Shown here piece by piece: positions 29,843 through 38,212 of a stretch of 39,583 bases of DNA. The notes beneath the pieces were generated by a model. The model searched no databases, had not been told where the DNA came from, and worked only from the letters and a program-made list of their open reading frames with translations. The stretch is from Elusimicrobiota bacterium. GTDB lineage: Bacteria; Elusimicrobiota; Elusimicrobia; Elusimicrobiales; UBA9959. The stretch covers positions 1 to 39,583 of the forward strand of contig JAINCQ010000011.1 in NCBI GenBank assembly GCA_036574205.1. Reading direction: 5' to 3'. Each line of letters starts with the position of its first letter. Positions within the stretch are counted from its first letter, which is position 1. Made by a program: the position numbers and the translations under genes.

Positions 29843-29997
29843 CCCCTCTCCTTTCCTGGAGAGGGTTGGGGTGAGGAGATTTCAGTTTTCACCCTCACCT
29901 TATTCCTCTCCCATCAATGGAGAGGAAACATAAGCGTCAGCAAGGAGATTTAATTATTTCACCCTCATCCTGCACCTTCCCCCATCAAGGGGGAAGG
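29843..29997. repeat. Three REP-like palindromic units (CCCTCAYC...CCYYCC-loop-GGRRAGG); the first is inverted relative to the other two
   Basis: 29844-29876 ccctctcc/ggagaggg + ttggggtgagg; 29886-29927 and 29957-29997 tttcaccctca..hairpins with an ATCAA loop. Confidence 0.75.
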
Positions 29998-30005
29998 AAT
30001 TTTAA

Positions 30006-30368
30006 TGCGCGGGAAGGGATTCTCCCGCAAATAAATTTTGCTAACCGCAAAATTTTTCTCAGGTCCACGCCCCTCGCAAAACTGTAAGCACAAGTTTTGC
30101 TGCGGGCTTTCGAGTCACGCATAGCCTTGACGGCTTGCGCGACCCCGCCTCGTTCGCCTGTATGCTCAAGGCAAACTCCGGCCTTGCGGACTGCACGCGA
30201 AACCGTTCAGGTTTCGCTCTAAAGGCTGTCCTGTCACGCATAGCCTTGACGGCTTGCGCGACCCCACCTCGTTTGCCTGTATGCTCAAGGCAAACTCCGG
30301 TCTTGCGGACAGCACGCGAAACCGTTTAGGTTTCGCTCTAAAGGCTGTCCTCACCCGCGCAACAGCTT
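30006..30368 (-). repeat. GC-rich structured element, copy 1: two 119-bp tandem units (30114-30232, 30233-30351) plus a hairpin-rich tail
   Basis: Direct tandem repeat visible in the sequence; homologous to 39258-39583; multiple stem-loops. Confidence 0.9.
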
Positions 30369-30392
30369 GAGCGCTTTCGCTTAGCACCAGCA

Positions 30393-30477
30393 TGGGCAAG
30401 GAGGGACTCGAACCCTCATGACCGCAAAGGTCACAGGTTTTTGAGACCTGCGCGTCTACCAGTTCCGCCACTTGCCC
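30393..30477 (-). tRNA. tRNA-Leu (CAA), CCA not encoded
   Basis: GGGCAAG/CTTGCCC-A acceptor stem, D-arm GCGGAACTGGTAGACGC, CAGGT-CTCAAAA-ACCTG anticodon arm, long variable arm, GAGGG-TTCGAGT-CCCTC T-arm. Confidence 0.97.
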
Positions 30478-30511
30478 ATAGAATTATATAATAACAAAAA
30501 ATTAAAAAAGT

Positions 30512-30916
30512 TTAAAAAGTACTTTTTAAAAATTTAACCAAGATATTTCTGTTTCTTGGGCCGTCAAACTCTAAAAGGTATATAGACTGCCATCTTCCTA
30601 ATTCCAACTTATTATTTTCAATAAAAATAGAAATACTGTTTCCAGTTAAAATAGATTTTATATGGGAATGAGAATTTCCCTCTAAATGAAGATAATCCCC
30701 ATCAGTGGGTATTAGTTCACTAAGTTTATTTATTATATCAGCTTTAACTGAAGGGTCAGCTCCTTCATTTATAGCAACACCGCAAGTGGTATGAGGACAA
30801 TATATAAAACATACTCCATCAATCCATTTATTTTTCTTCACAAGCTCTTCTATCATCTGAGTTATATCAATTATTTCTTGCTTTGATTTTGTTCTTATCT
30901 CAATTTTATGCAGCAT
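30512..30916 (-). CDS. yjbQ: YjbQ/UPF0047 secondary thiamine-phosphate synthase family protein
   Basis: Motifs PHTT..INE.ADP, HLEGNSHSHIKS, LGRWQ and EFDGPR. Confidence 0.93.
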   Translation of the reverse strand: MLHKIEIRTKSKQEIIDITQMIEELVKKNKWIDGVCFIYCPHTTCGVAINEGADPSVKADIINKLSELIPTDGDYLHLEGNSHSHIKSILTGNSISIFIENNKLELGRWQSIYLLEFDGPRNRNILVKFLKSTF

Positions 30917-30928
30917 ATAGTTTATGTT

Positions 30929-31993
30929 TTAGGTATAAGGTATATTTATCTTTGAAACCTCAGGCTGTGGCTTCCACCTAAATTCAGTCTCATGAAGCTC
31001 AATAGTTATGGCTATAACTTCTCTAAGAATGCATACCACTGGAACAGCGAACACAACTCCCCAGAAACCCGCTATTTCTCCACCAGCCATAAGGCTTAAA
31101 ACAACAACTGCAGGGCTTATATTTACATTTCTTTTCATTATATATGGCTGAAGGAACCAATCATCTATAAATCTTATTGTTATAAAAAATAAAATAACCT
31201 TAAGAACAGAATAAATCTCATTATACTGAAGATATGCAATTATAGAAGACACTACCGCGCCGACAAAAGCTCCAAGATAAGGCACTATTGAAGATAAACC
31301 AACTATTATTGCTATTATTGAAAAATAATCTATTCCAATAAAGAAAAGCCCGAAAAAAGAGATTATAAACAAAATAAAAGCTTCTGTCATTATTCCCCTT
31401 AAATAATTTCCAAGGCTATCATCAATCCTTGAAACTATATGAAAAACTATCTCCACATATCTTGACGGTATATGATCAACCAATATATCCAGCAGATTGT
31501 CACCTTTTATCAATATAAAAAAAGAAACAAAAGGTATTATAAATGCCATCATTAAAGATGGCAGAAACGAAATTATATAACCTGGTATAAGAGCAAGAAA
31601 ATTTAAAATTCTCTCATTTAATTTGAATTGAGCCAGAAAAGGGAAAATAGCCACTGTTTTTTTAACCATAGATGTAAATATGTTCTCAAATTTGGAATAA
31701 TACACAGGCCAATTATTAATAAACGATTCGACATCAACACTTGCAAGGTTAAAAACGATAATCACAAAAACTGTAAATAAAAGCCCTACAACAGCATACA
31801 TTAGACTAACAGTATAAATTCTTTTTATTCCTCTTACTTCAAAAAATCTTACAACAGGATTTAAAAGATATGAAAACGCAACACTTAAAAGCAGGGTAAA
31901 AAAAGTTTTCCTCGCAAAATAAAAGACAATCAATATTAGAAAAAGAACCGCTCCTGGAAAAATTATTTCTTTAAAACTTATATTTTTTTTCAT
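30929..31993 (-). CDS. AI-2E family transporter (PerM/UPF0118)
   Basis: Motifs YLLNPVV, YLRG, VPYLGA, LQPYIM and GFWGVVFAVP. Confidence 0.9.
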   Translation of the reverse strand: MKKNISFKEIIFPGAVLFLILIVFYFARKTFFTLLLSVAFSYLLNPVVRFFEVRGIKRIYTVSLMYAVVGLLFTVFVIIVFNLASVDVESFINNWPVYYSKFENIFTSMVKKTVAIFPFLAQFKLNERILNFLALIPGYIISFLPSLMMAFIIPFVSFFILIKGDNLLDILVDHIPSRYVEIVFHIVSRIDDSLGNYLRGIMTEAFILFIISFFGLFFIGIDYFSIIAIIVGLSSIVPYLGAFVGAVVSSIIAYLQYNEIYSVLKVILFFITIRFIDDWFLQPYIMKRNVNISPAVVVLSLMAGGEIAGFWGVVFAVPVVCILREVIAITIELHETEFRWKPQPEVSKINIPYT

Positions 31994-32466
31994 TTCCCTT
32001 CAATAACTCCTCTAAGCCTTGATGAAAGTATCTTGGCAAGGTTGTAATTAATCTGACTTGCTATCTTTGGTTTGGTATGATTCATACTTTCTATATTTGT
32101 TTTATAAAGCATAAACACAATACTCTCCTCTATTGCAATGGCGCTAAGGGTTCTTGGCATCTCTTCAAGAAGAGCCATCTCTCCTATAAAATCCCCGGTC
32201 CCAACTTCAGAAAAAAGAATATTTTCACTAGTGTTTCGTTTATAAAGTCCTATCCTGCCAGAATATACAATAAAAAGGGCTCGTCCAATATCTCCTTCAA
32301 TAAAAAGGGACTCGCCTTTGAGATATTTTTTTTCATAAATACTTTCAAGTATATACAACAAATCCTTCCTCTTTATTCCTTTAAAAAGCGCAATTCCAGA
32401 AAGAAATTTTATCCTCGCAAGCACCTCTGAATCATATGCCTTGTTAAAAAATTTGTCAAATATCAT
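31990..32466 (-). CDS. Stand-alone cyclic nucleotide-binding domain protein
   Basis: EGD.G, GDFIGEMALL..PRTLSA; no HTH domain. Confidence 0.9.
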   Translation of the reverse strand: MIFDKFFNKAYDSEVLARIKFLSGIALFKGIKRKDLLYILESIYEKKYLKGESLFIEGDIGRALFIVYSGRIGLYKRNTSENILFSEVGTGDFIGEMALLEEMPRTLSAIAIEESIVFMLYKTNIESMNHTKPKIASQINYNLAKILSSRLRGVIEGK

Positions 32467-32468
32467 AA

Positions 32469-32714
32469 TTATTTGAATATAGAAGTTAATTTATTGGCAA
32501 TGCTCGAAAAAGCATTGTTTATACTGCTTGAGATAGAGTTGACTATCTTAAAAACTGGTTCAACCTCTGCCACTCTATTATTAGCATCTCTGGCAAGTTT
32601 TTCAATAGCTGATGCTGATGTTTTTATTTGCTTTAATGTATCTATAAATTCAAGCGCTACAAGAACTATTATAACGGTTATAATCACAGCGCATGTCGAT
32701 AAAACTATGCTCAT
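32469..32714 (-). CDS. Small membrane-anchored coiled-coil protein (DUF948-like)
   Basis: N-terminal TM segment followed by a helical region; AGGAGG SD. Confidence 0.65.
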   Translation of the reverse strand: MSIVLSTCAVIITVIIVLVALEFIDTLKQIKTSASAIEKLARDANNRVAEVEPVFKIVNSISSSINNAFSSIANKLTSIFK

Positions 32715-32751
32715 ATTGCCTCCTATATTAGTATATCAAATTTTAAAGGAC

Positions 32752-34086
32752 TCACCATCTAAAATAAGGTTTTATCCCTACATCCCTCCATATTTTTTCA
32801 TCCTCCATACATAGATAAACTTTTTCAAGAGGAAATTTATATCCTTTTAAAATATTAATAATTTCCCTATACATTTTCTTCCTCAATTCATATGGATATC
32901 TTAACTTGCCATCAAAATCAAGAAACATCTCCTCATCCAATATAATATTATCAGGGAATCTGTTTTCTATAACTTTTTTTGTTTCTGGTTTAAATCTAAA
33001 AGTTCCAAGACTTATCCACCTAACATCTTCTGGATTTATCACTGAAAATATCTCAGAAAACGTATCTTTGTAAAGCCTCTCCCAGTCATCAATGTTTATT
33101 AAGGGATCAAAATGAAAAGCAGTTGAATAGCCATATTCAATTATTTTTTTAATTGCTAAAAGCCTTTCCTTAAAGGAAGTTGTATAGTGTTCAGTTAAGT
33201 CTATTATTTTCTGAGGATTGAGAGAATAAGCAATGACTATGTTTTTTGATGGAGAAACTTTAAAAAGATTTTCTAGATTAACCGTTTTAGTTTTGAATTC
33301 AAAATAGAGATTTTCCATACCTCTAAATGCTTTAATTATTTCAATTGAATAGTCTGTAATATCATCATATGCTAAAGAATCCGCAAACTCTCCACTTCCT
33401 ATTCTTACTTTTGTTTTAGAAAATTTAAAAATTTCTATTGTTTTTCTTATAAAATCATCTATATTGGCTATAAAAGATATGCCATCAAAATTCTGGTATC
33501 CCTGAAGAAAACAATATTCACACTCAAGTGGACATCCAAAAGAAAGATTAATAACATAATAACCACAACTAACACATCTTTTTGTACAGGGACATCTTTT
33601 TATAAAATCAAATTCTTCTCTGAATATATAAATTTTTTCAGACCTCCTATTATATTTTTCTATGTCAAAACTTTTTTTAACGTCTTTAAAACTATCTATA
33701 TGAATTACTTTAGCAGCAGGATATTTCGAAGATAAATTAGCAAATATTTTTGAATTTAAGCATTCTTTTTCAACAATTATTTCTTTTACTTCCCTGAAAT
33801 TCTTTTTAGGCACAAAAGATTTTTCTTGTTCAATCTCCAATTTTGGAAGATACAGAGATTCTTTAATCTTACTATTATAGAATTTATCATATCTTAATTT
33901 AAGAAGAAAATTTTTAAACTGAGTGTAATTTTTATACTCAGGCAAAAAATCAAGATTCTCAGTATCCCTTAGTTTAGCTATTTCAAAACAAAGCCTTTCA
34001 ATCTCTCTTCTTTTATTGACACCAAGAAACGAATATTTTGAGCTGATAATTTTTGATATATTATCATACAACCTATAAACATTCAT
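32752..34086 (-). CDS. Spore photoproduct lyase (SplB)-like radical SAM protein
   Basis: Motifs CPCT...SCGYY, GCPLECEYCFLQ, GEFADSL, FKTK, SLNP, HFDP, KLRY and YLCME. Confidence 0.85.
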   Translation of the reverse strand: MNVYRLYDNISKIISSKYSFLGVNKRREIERLCFEIAKLRDTENLDFLPEYKNYTQFKNFLLKLRYDKFYNSKIKESLYLPKLEIEQEKSFVPKKNFREVKEIIVEKECLNSKIFANLSSKYPAAKVIHIDSFKDVKKSFDIEKYNRRSEKIYIFREEFDFIKRCPCTKRCVSCGYYVINLSFGCPLECEYCFLQGYQNFDGISFIANIDDFIRKTIEIFKFSKTKVRIGSGEFADSLAYDDITDYSIEIIKAFRGMENLYFEFKTKTVNLENLFKVSPSKNIVIAYSLNPQKIIDLTEHYTTSFKERLLAIKKIIEYGYSTAFHFDPLINIDDWERLYKDTFSEIFSVINPEDVRWISLGTFRFKPETKKVIENRFPDNIILDEEMFLDFDGKLRYPYELRKKMYREIINILKGYKFPLEKVYLCMEDEKIWRDVGIKPYFRW

Positions 34087-34742
34087 CTGGAAATAATCTC
34101 ATCAAGAGTAGCAAATTTAAATTTTTTTTTCTTAGCCTCTTTTATTATCTCTTCGGTAATTTTAAGCACACGCTTATTCCGTTTTGGGGTATCATGCATT
34201 AATATAATAGCATTTGGTTTTATATGTTCAAGGTATTTTTTTATTAGTTCATCATCGTTAATTTTATTCCAATCATACCCAAATGTCCAGTTAAAAACCT
34301 TATACCCTTTTTTTATTGCCACATCCAATCCATGTTTTCTACTATAACCATAAGGATATCTTAATACTTTTGGAACTATTCCGATCACATTTAATATCTC
34401 ATTTTCAGTTTTTTCTATCTCCTGAATAATTATATTTTCGATATCGCTTGATTTATCTATCTTATAAAAATTCATATGAGAATATGTATGATTTCCTATA
34501 AGATGCCCATCCTGATATATCCTTTTAAGCTCCCCGTGATATTTTTTAACATTTTCTCCAAGCACAAAGAAAGTCGCTTTAACATTATATTTTTTAAGTA
34601 AATCGCATATCTCAAATGTAACAGTTGAAGGACCATCATCATAAGTCAAAAATAAAAAATTTGAATTTTTAACCGCAGCAACTAAATTATTTTTTGCGCA
34701 AAATAAATGTAAGATGAAAACCAAAAATAGTGAAATCCTCAT
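34083..34742 (-). CDS. Polysaccharide (peptidoglycan) deacetylase, CE4/NodB domain
   Basis: Motifs TYDDGP, NHTYSH, RYPYG and LMHD. Confidence 0.92.
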   Translation of the reverse strand: MRISLFLVFILHLFCAKNNLVAAVKNSNFLFLTYDDGPSTVTFEICDLLKKYNVKATFFVLGENVKKYHGELKRIYQDGHLIGNHTYSHMNFYKIDKSSDIENIIIQEIEKTENEILNVIGIVPKVLRYPYGYSRKHGLDVAIKKGYKVFNWTFGYDWNKINDDELIKKYLEHIKPNAIILMHDTPKRNKRVLKITEEIIKEAKKKKFKFATLDEIISR

Positions 34743-34748
34743 ACCTAT

Positions 34749-34757
34749 ATTATAACA
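34749..34757 (-). promoter_or_regulatory. Extended -10 element 6 nt before the deacetylase ATG
   Basis: TGTTATAAT-ATAGGT-ATG on the minus strand. Confidence 0.55.
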
Positions 34758-34761
34758 AAAC

Positions 34762-36426
34762 CTACGCTTCTATATTATCTATATTTTTAGCCGCTTTTTC
34801 AAATAAAAAATAAGAAGGAACAAAACTACCAAGAATAAAAATAATAAGTGAAATATAAAATAACTCTTTTTCAAAAACAAAATTCTGGCTAAACAAGCTC
34901 AAAAAATAGCTTCTTACAGGATATGAAAAAACCGCACCAACAATAGCGCAATAAACTGCCGAAATAGCCATAAATAAAAAACCTCCAAAAGAGGATTCAA
35001 CCTGATGTATATTTTCTATCCTAAAATCTGGAAATAATGCTCCTAAACTTACAGCAAATATTGATATTGTAAAACTCATAATTGACATAGCAAACACAGA
35101 TAACCTGAACATAAAAAAATCAACCTCAAGATAATAATTAGAAATTACGACTAAAATCAGTGAAAATAAAAAAACTGGAATATAATAAAAAATAAGTTTA
35201 GAAAAAAGGATTTCTCTCCCACTTACAGGTATAGATTTAAGAATCCATATAGCCCTGCTTTCTGAACTTATTGAAGTAAAAACAAATCTAAGGGATATAG
35301 CCGATACAACAAAACCAACAATAAGCATATTTAAAAAAGAAACAAAATTTTTCGCATCATAATTATCTAATGGAAGACTTTTTACACTAAAAATATAAAC
35401 AAAGCTAAGCGCAATTATTAAAATAATCTGAGAATAATATCTTACATCTCTTTGCACATTAAGTCTTTCTTTATATATAAGAACTATAATATTTTTTAAA
35501 CTTGAAAAGATATTTGAAATAATAAACTCAATTGTTTTTTTGTATTTATACTGTTTATCCCCACCGCTCTGCGCGCCGCTAAAAGCTGAAAGATATAACT
35601 TTCTACTTATTACTATAAGAATGAAACAAATAATAAAAAAAATAGCATATAACAAAGTAAAGTTACCCCAAAAAGAAAGATAATTAGAACTTTGATAAGA
35701 AATAAGGGCTTTTGTAAACCACCAGCTCGGAAGATAAGAAGCGGTAGGTGCTTGAAGATAGCTTAAGTAATTGGCTATTACTCCAAGCATATCAGGTCTT
35801 AAAAGCCTCTCCGGCTTTGAAAATCTTATAGCCACATATACAAACGCAAATGAAAGGCTTGAAACTATCCACACAATATCTCGCGTTTTTGAGTTTGGGA
35901 ACAGACTCATTAAACACAGACTTAAAGCTATTCCAATTGAACAAGCCACAACAGCATAAGGTATTATAAGAATACAAAAAATACATAAAAAATCTAAACC
36001 AAGATTTTTTACCTTCATAAGCGCAAAAACATAAGGGAATAATATTATAATAAGACTCCATGAAGAATAAAAAATCGTACTTATCATTTTATCCAAAAAT
36101 ATAACAGTTTCTTTTAAAGGCATGGAAAAAAGAAATTTTAAGTCATATGAGTAAAAAAGTGTGGTCATGGATATTATAAGGGAAGAAACAGCTATCATGG
36201 AAAAACTTATTACAAAAACCATCGCAGAAAGCTTCCATATAAGTAGTTCTCCTATAAACTCAACACCATTTAAATATCTTAAAATTCTAAGAAAGGAAAA
36301 ATATAAAATTGATAGGAGAAAAAAGCCCACAGACGTAAATATGACGTTTTTTGCTTTTTTCCATTTATCAAGATTTTTTATCCTGTTAAAAAGGCTTTTA
36401 AACCGATATTTCAATATAATAAACAT
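34762..36426 (-). CDS. Putative ABC-2 type exporter permease
   Basis: About 12 TM segments in two halves (DLKFLFSMPL; SISSE..IWILKSIPV); adjacent ATPase. Confidence 0.85.
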   Translation of the reverse strand: MFIILKYRFKSLFNRIKNLDKWKKAKNVIFTSVGFFLLSILYFSFLRILRYLNGVEFIGELLIWKLSAMVFVISFSMIAVSSLIISMTTLFYSYDLKFLFSMPLKETVIFLDKMISTIFYSSWSLIIILFPYVFALMKVKNLGLDFLCIFCILIIPYAVVACSIGIALSLCLMSLFPNSKTRDIVWIVSSLSFAFVYVAIRFSKPERLLRPDMLGVIANYLSYLQAPTASYLPSWWFTKALISYQSSNYLSFWGNFTLLYAIFFIICFILIVISRKLYLSAFSGAQSGGDKQYKYKKTIEFIISNIFSSLKNIIVLIYKERLNVQRDVRYYSQIILIIALSFVYIFSVKSLPLDNYDAKNFVSFLNMLIVGFVVSAISLRFVFTSISSESRAIWILKSIPVSGREILFSKLIFYYIPVFLFSLILVVISNYYLEVDFFMFRLSVFAMSIMSFTISIFAVSLGALFPDFRIENIHQVESSFGGFLFMAISAVYCAIVGAVFSYPVRSYFLSLFSQNFVFEKELFYISLIIFILGSFVPSYFLFEKAAKNIDNIEA

Positions 36427-36431
36427 AAGAA

Positions 36432-37136
36432 CTATGAAGTGATTTCAAAGAAAACGTCTTCAAGTTTTTTCCCGCTTTTAGATAGCAATTCTTCAACCTT
36501 TCCCATAGCGACAATCTTACCCCTGTCTATTACAGCCACCCTATCACATATTTTTTCCGCAAGCTCAAGAATATGAGTGCATAAAAATACACTTATACCC
36601 TCAGCGGTAAGCTTTTTTATCAATTCCCTGAACTTCTTAACACTTAAAGGGTCAAGTCCAACAGTCGGCTCGTCAAAAAGCATAATATCTGGCTTTCTCA
36701 AAACTGAGCTTGCTATCAAAAGTTTTTGTTTCATTCCATGAGAGTAAGAAGAAAGTATATTATCAGCATATTGTAAAAGCGAAAAAAAGCTTAGCAATTC
36801 ATCTATTTTAGAATCGGCGTTTTTTATAGAGTAAATTTCAGCTATAAATTTTAAAAACTCCCTTGCTGTTAGATAGGGATAAATAAAAGGTTCATCAGGG
36901 ATGTAAGATATCCGTTTTTTTGCCTCTATTGGAAATTTTTCCACATTAATTTCGTTAATAAAAACTTTTCCGGAGGTTGGTTTTAATATTCCACTTATTA
37001 TCTTCACTGTGGTTGTTTTCCCCGCGCCATTTGGACCAAGAAAACCGAAAACCTCACCATCAAAAACATTAAAAGAAACTGAATCAACTACAATGGTGTT
37101 AGAAAATTTTTTAGTAAGATTTTCTACTTTAAGCAC
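36432..37136 (-). CDS. ABC transporter ATP-binding protein
   Basis: Motifs GPNGAGKT, YSHGMKQ, FDEPTVGLDP and CTH. Confidence 0.95.
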   Translation of the reverse strand: MLKVENLTKKFSNTIVVDSVSFNVFDGEVFGFLGPNGAGKTTTVKIISGILKPTSGKVFINEINVEKFPIEAKKRISYIPDEPFIYPYLTAREFLKFIAEIYSIKNADSKIDELLSFFSLLQYADNILSSYSHGMKQKLLIASSVLRKPDIMLFDEPTVGLDPLSVKKFRELIKKLTAEGISVFLCTHILELAEKICDRVAVIDRGKIVAMGKVEELLSKSGKKLEDVFFEITS

Positions 37137-37148
37137 TTTAAGTTTCGT

Positions 37149-37853
37149 CTAAGAAGATTTTTCAAATTTTTTTCTGTAGTCCTTTATTTCAACTTTTGAG
37201 CTAATCTGCCTTAGATAATAATTTGCTACCTCAAGAAATTTCTCCTGCCTTAACTGGGATTCAAATTTGTCTTTATCTTTCAACAATTCTCTAGCTTTTT
37301 TTCCAAATATTCCGGAATAAAAATCTATGTCATCCTTTGTCAATTTGATAGAAGAATATAAAAATTGTTTGAGATGCATAGCTGATCTTTCCTTTCTTCT
37401 CCAATCTTCATATTCTTTTGGGGTCATCCTGTATGTTGACCATATATTTGAAACATAAAGTCTTGGATCAAATCTGCCTTCGCTTGCAAATAAAGGTGTA
37501 TTTTCTATCTCTAAAGCAACCTCAAATCCAGAAACTCCTATTTTAAATTTTTTTGCCTCCTGACAAAGCAATTCACTTACCACCATATCCTTAAAAACCT
37601 CCTGCCTGACCATTTTATCAAGCACATCATTTGCCTCAGATATATCTCCTCTTCTAGCAAGATTTTCCATAGCAACTCTTACCTGCATTTCATACCTATC
37701 ATATGGTATTTTAGCATTACCTACTTTTGCAACCGCATTAGCTATAGATATATTACCTATATATGCGCCAAGTCCAAAGAATATTCCCAATACAAAAACC
37801 CCAACAGTAATTGTGAATATCGTCTTTTTATGTTTATTTAAAAAAGCAACCAT
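37149..37853 (-). CDS. SurA N-terminal domain protein (PpiD-like chaperone without PPIase domain)
   Basis: N-terminal TM anchor, VAKVG..I, LL.QEA...GVS..EV and F..EGRFD. Confidence 0.8.
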   Translation of the reverse strand: MVAFLNKHKKTIFTITVGVFVLGIFFGLGAYIGNISIANAVAKVGNAKIPYDRYEMQVRVAMENLARRGDISEANDVLDKMVRQEVFKDMVVSELLCQEAKKFKIGVSGFEVALEIENTPLFASEGRFDPRLYVSNIWSTYRMTPKEYEDWRRKERSAMHLKQFLYSSIKLTKDDIDFYSGIFGKKARELLKDKDKFESQLRQEKFLEVANYYLRQISSKVEIKDYRKKFEKSS

Positions 37854-37861
37854 ATATTCTC

Positions 37862-38212
37862 CTATTTTTTCATTTCAACTTTTCCATTTATATTAGCGCC
37901 TTCTTCAATCATAATTCTTGAAGCTGTTATGCCACCCTCAACTGAAGCGCTTGACATAATCTCAACAATCTCTTTAACAAAAATATTTCCTTTAAGATTT
38001 CCGTATATTATGCACTTTTCCGAAGATACATCTCCATTGACCCTGGCAGTTTTACCTATAAAAACTTCCTTTGCCTCGCTTATATTCCCTTCAACCGAAC
38101 CTTCTATCTTAATAGAACCCTTTGTAATAATATTCCCTGTAAAGACACAATCAGAAGATATAATAGTTTCAGAAGCAGTAAACTCAGAAAGCTTTTCCTT
38201 TATCAATGCCAT
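37862..38212 (-). CDS. Bactofilin (polymer-forming cytoskeletal protein, CcmA-like)
   Basis: ETII....FTGNI...GSIKIEG.VEGNI beta-helix repeats and IEEGA.ING. Confidence 0.93.
   Translation of the reverse strand: MALIKEKLSEFTASETIISSDCVFTGNIITKGSIKIEGSVEGNISEAKEVFIGKTARVNGDVSSEKCIIYGNLKGNIFVKEIVEIMSSASVEGGITASRIMIEEGANINGKVEMKK

Noticed and set aside
30114..30351. CRISPR array interpretation of the tandem repeat
   Set aside because: The units are near-identical over their whole ~120 bp with no unique spacers, and no cas genes are present.
30006..30360. tmRNA, RNase P RNA or group I/II intron identity
   Set aside because: I could not see a GGGG.. tmRNA start with G3-U70, the GAGGAAAGUCC RNase P motif, or intron core motifs. 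An Infernal search is still needed to exclude these formally.
30059..30471. Short ORFs across the repeat and tRNA (also 39297-39582)
   Set aside because: They overlap the tRNA and repeats, the 119- and 122-bp periods break frame, and stop-poor GC-rich palindromic DNA is open by chance.
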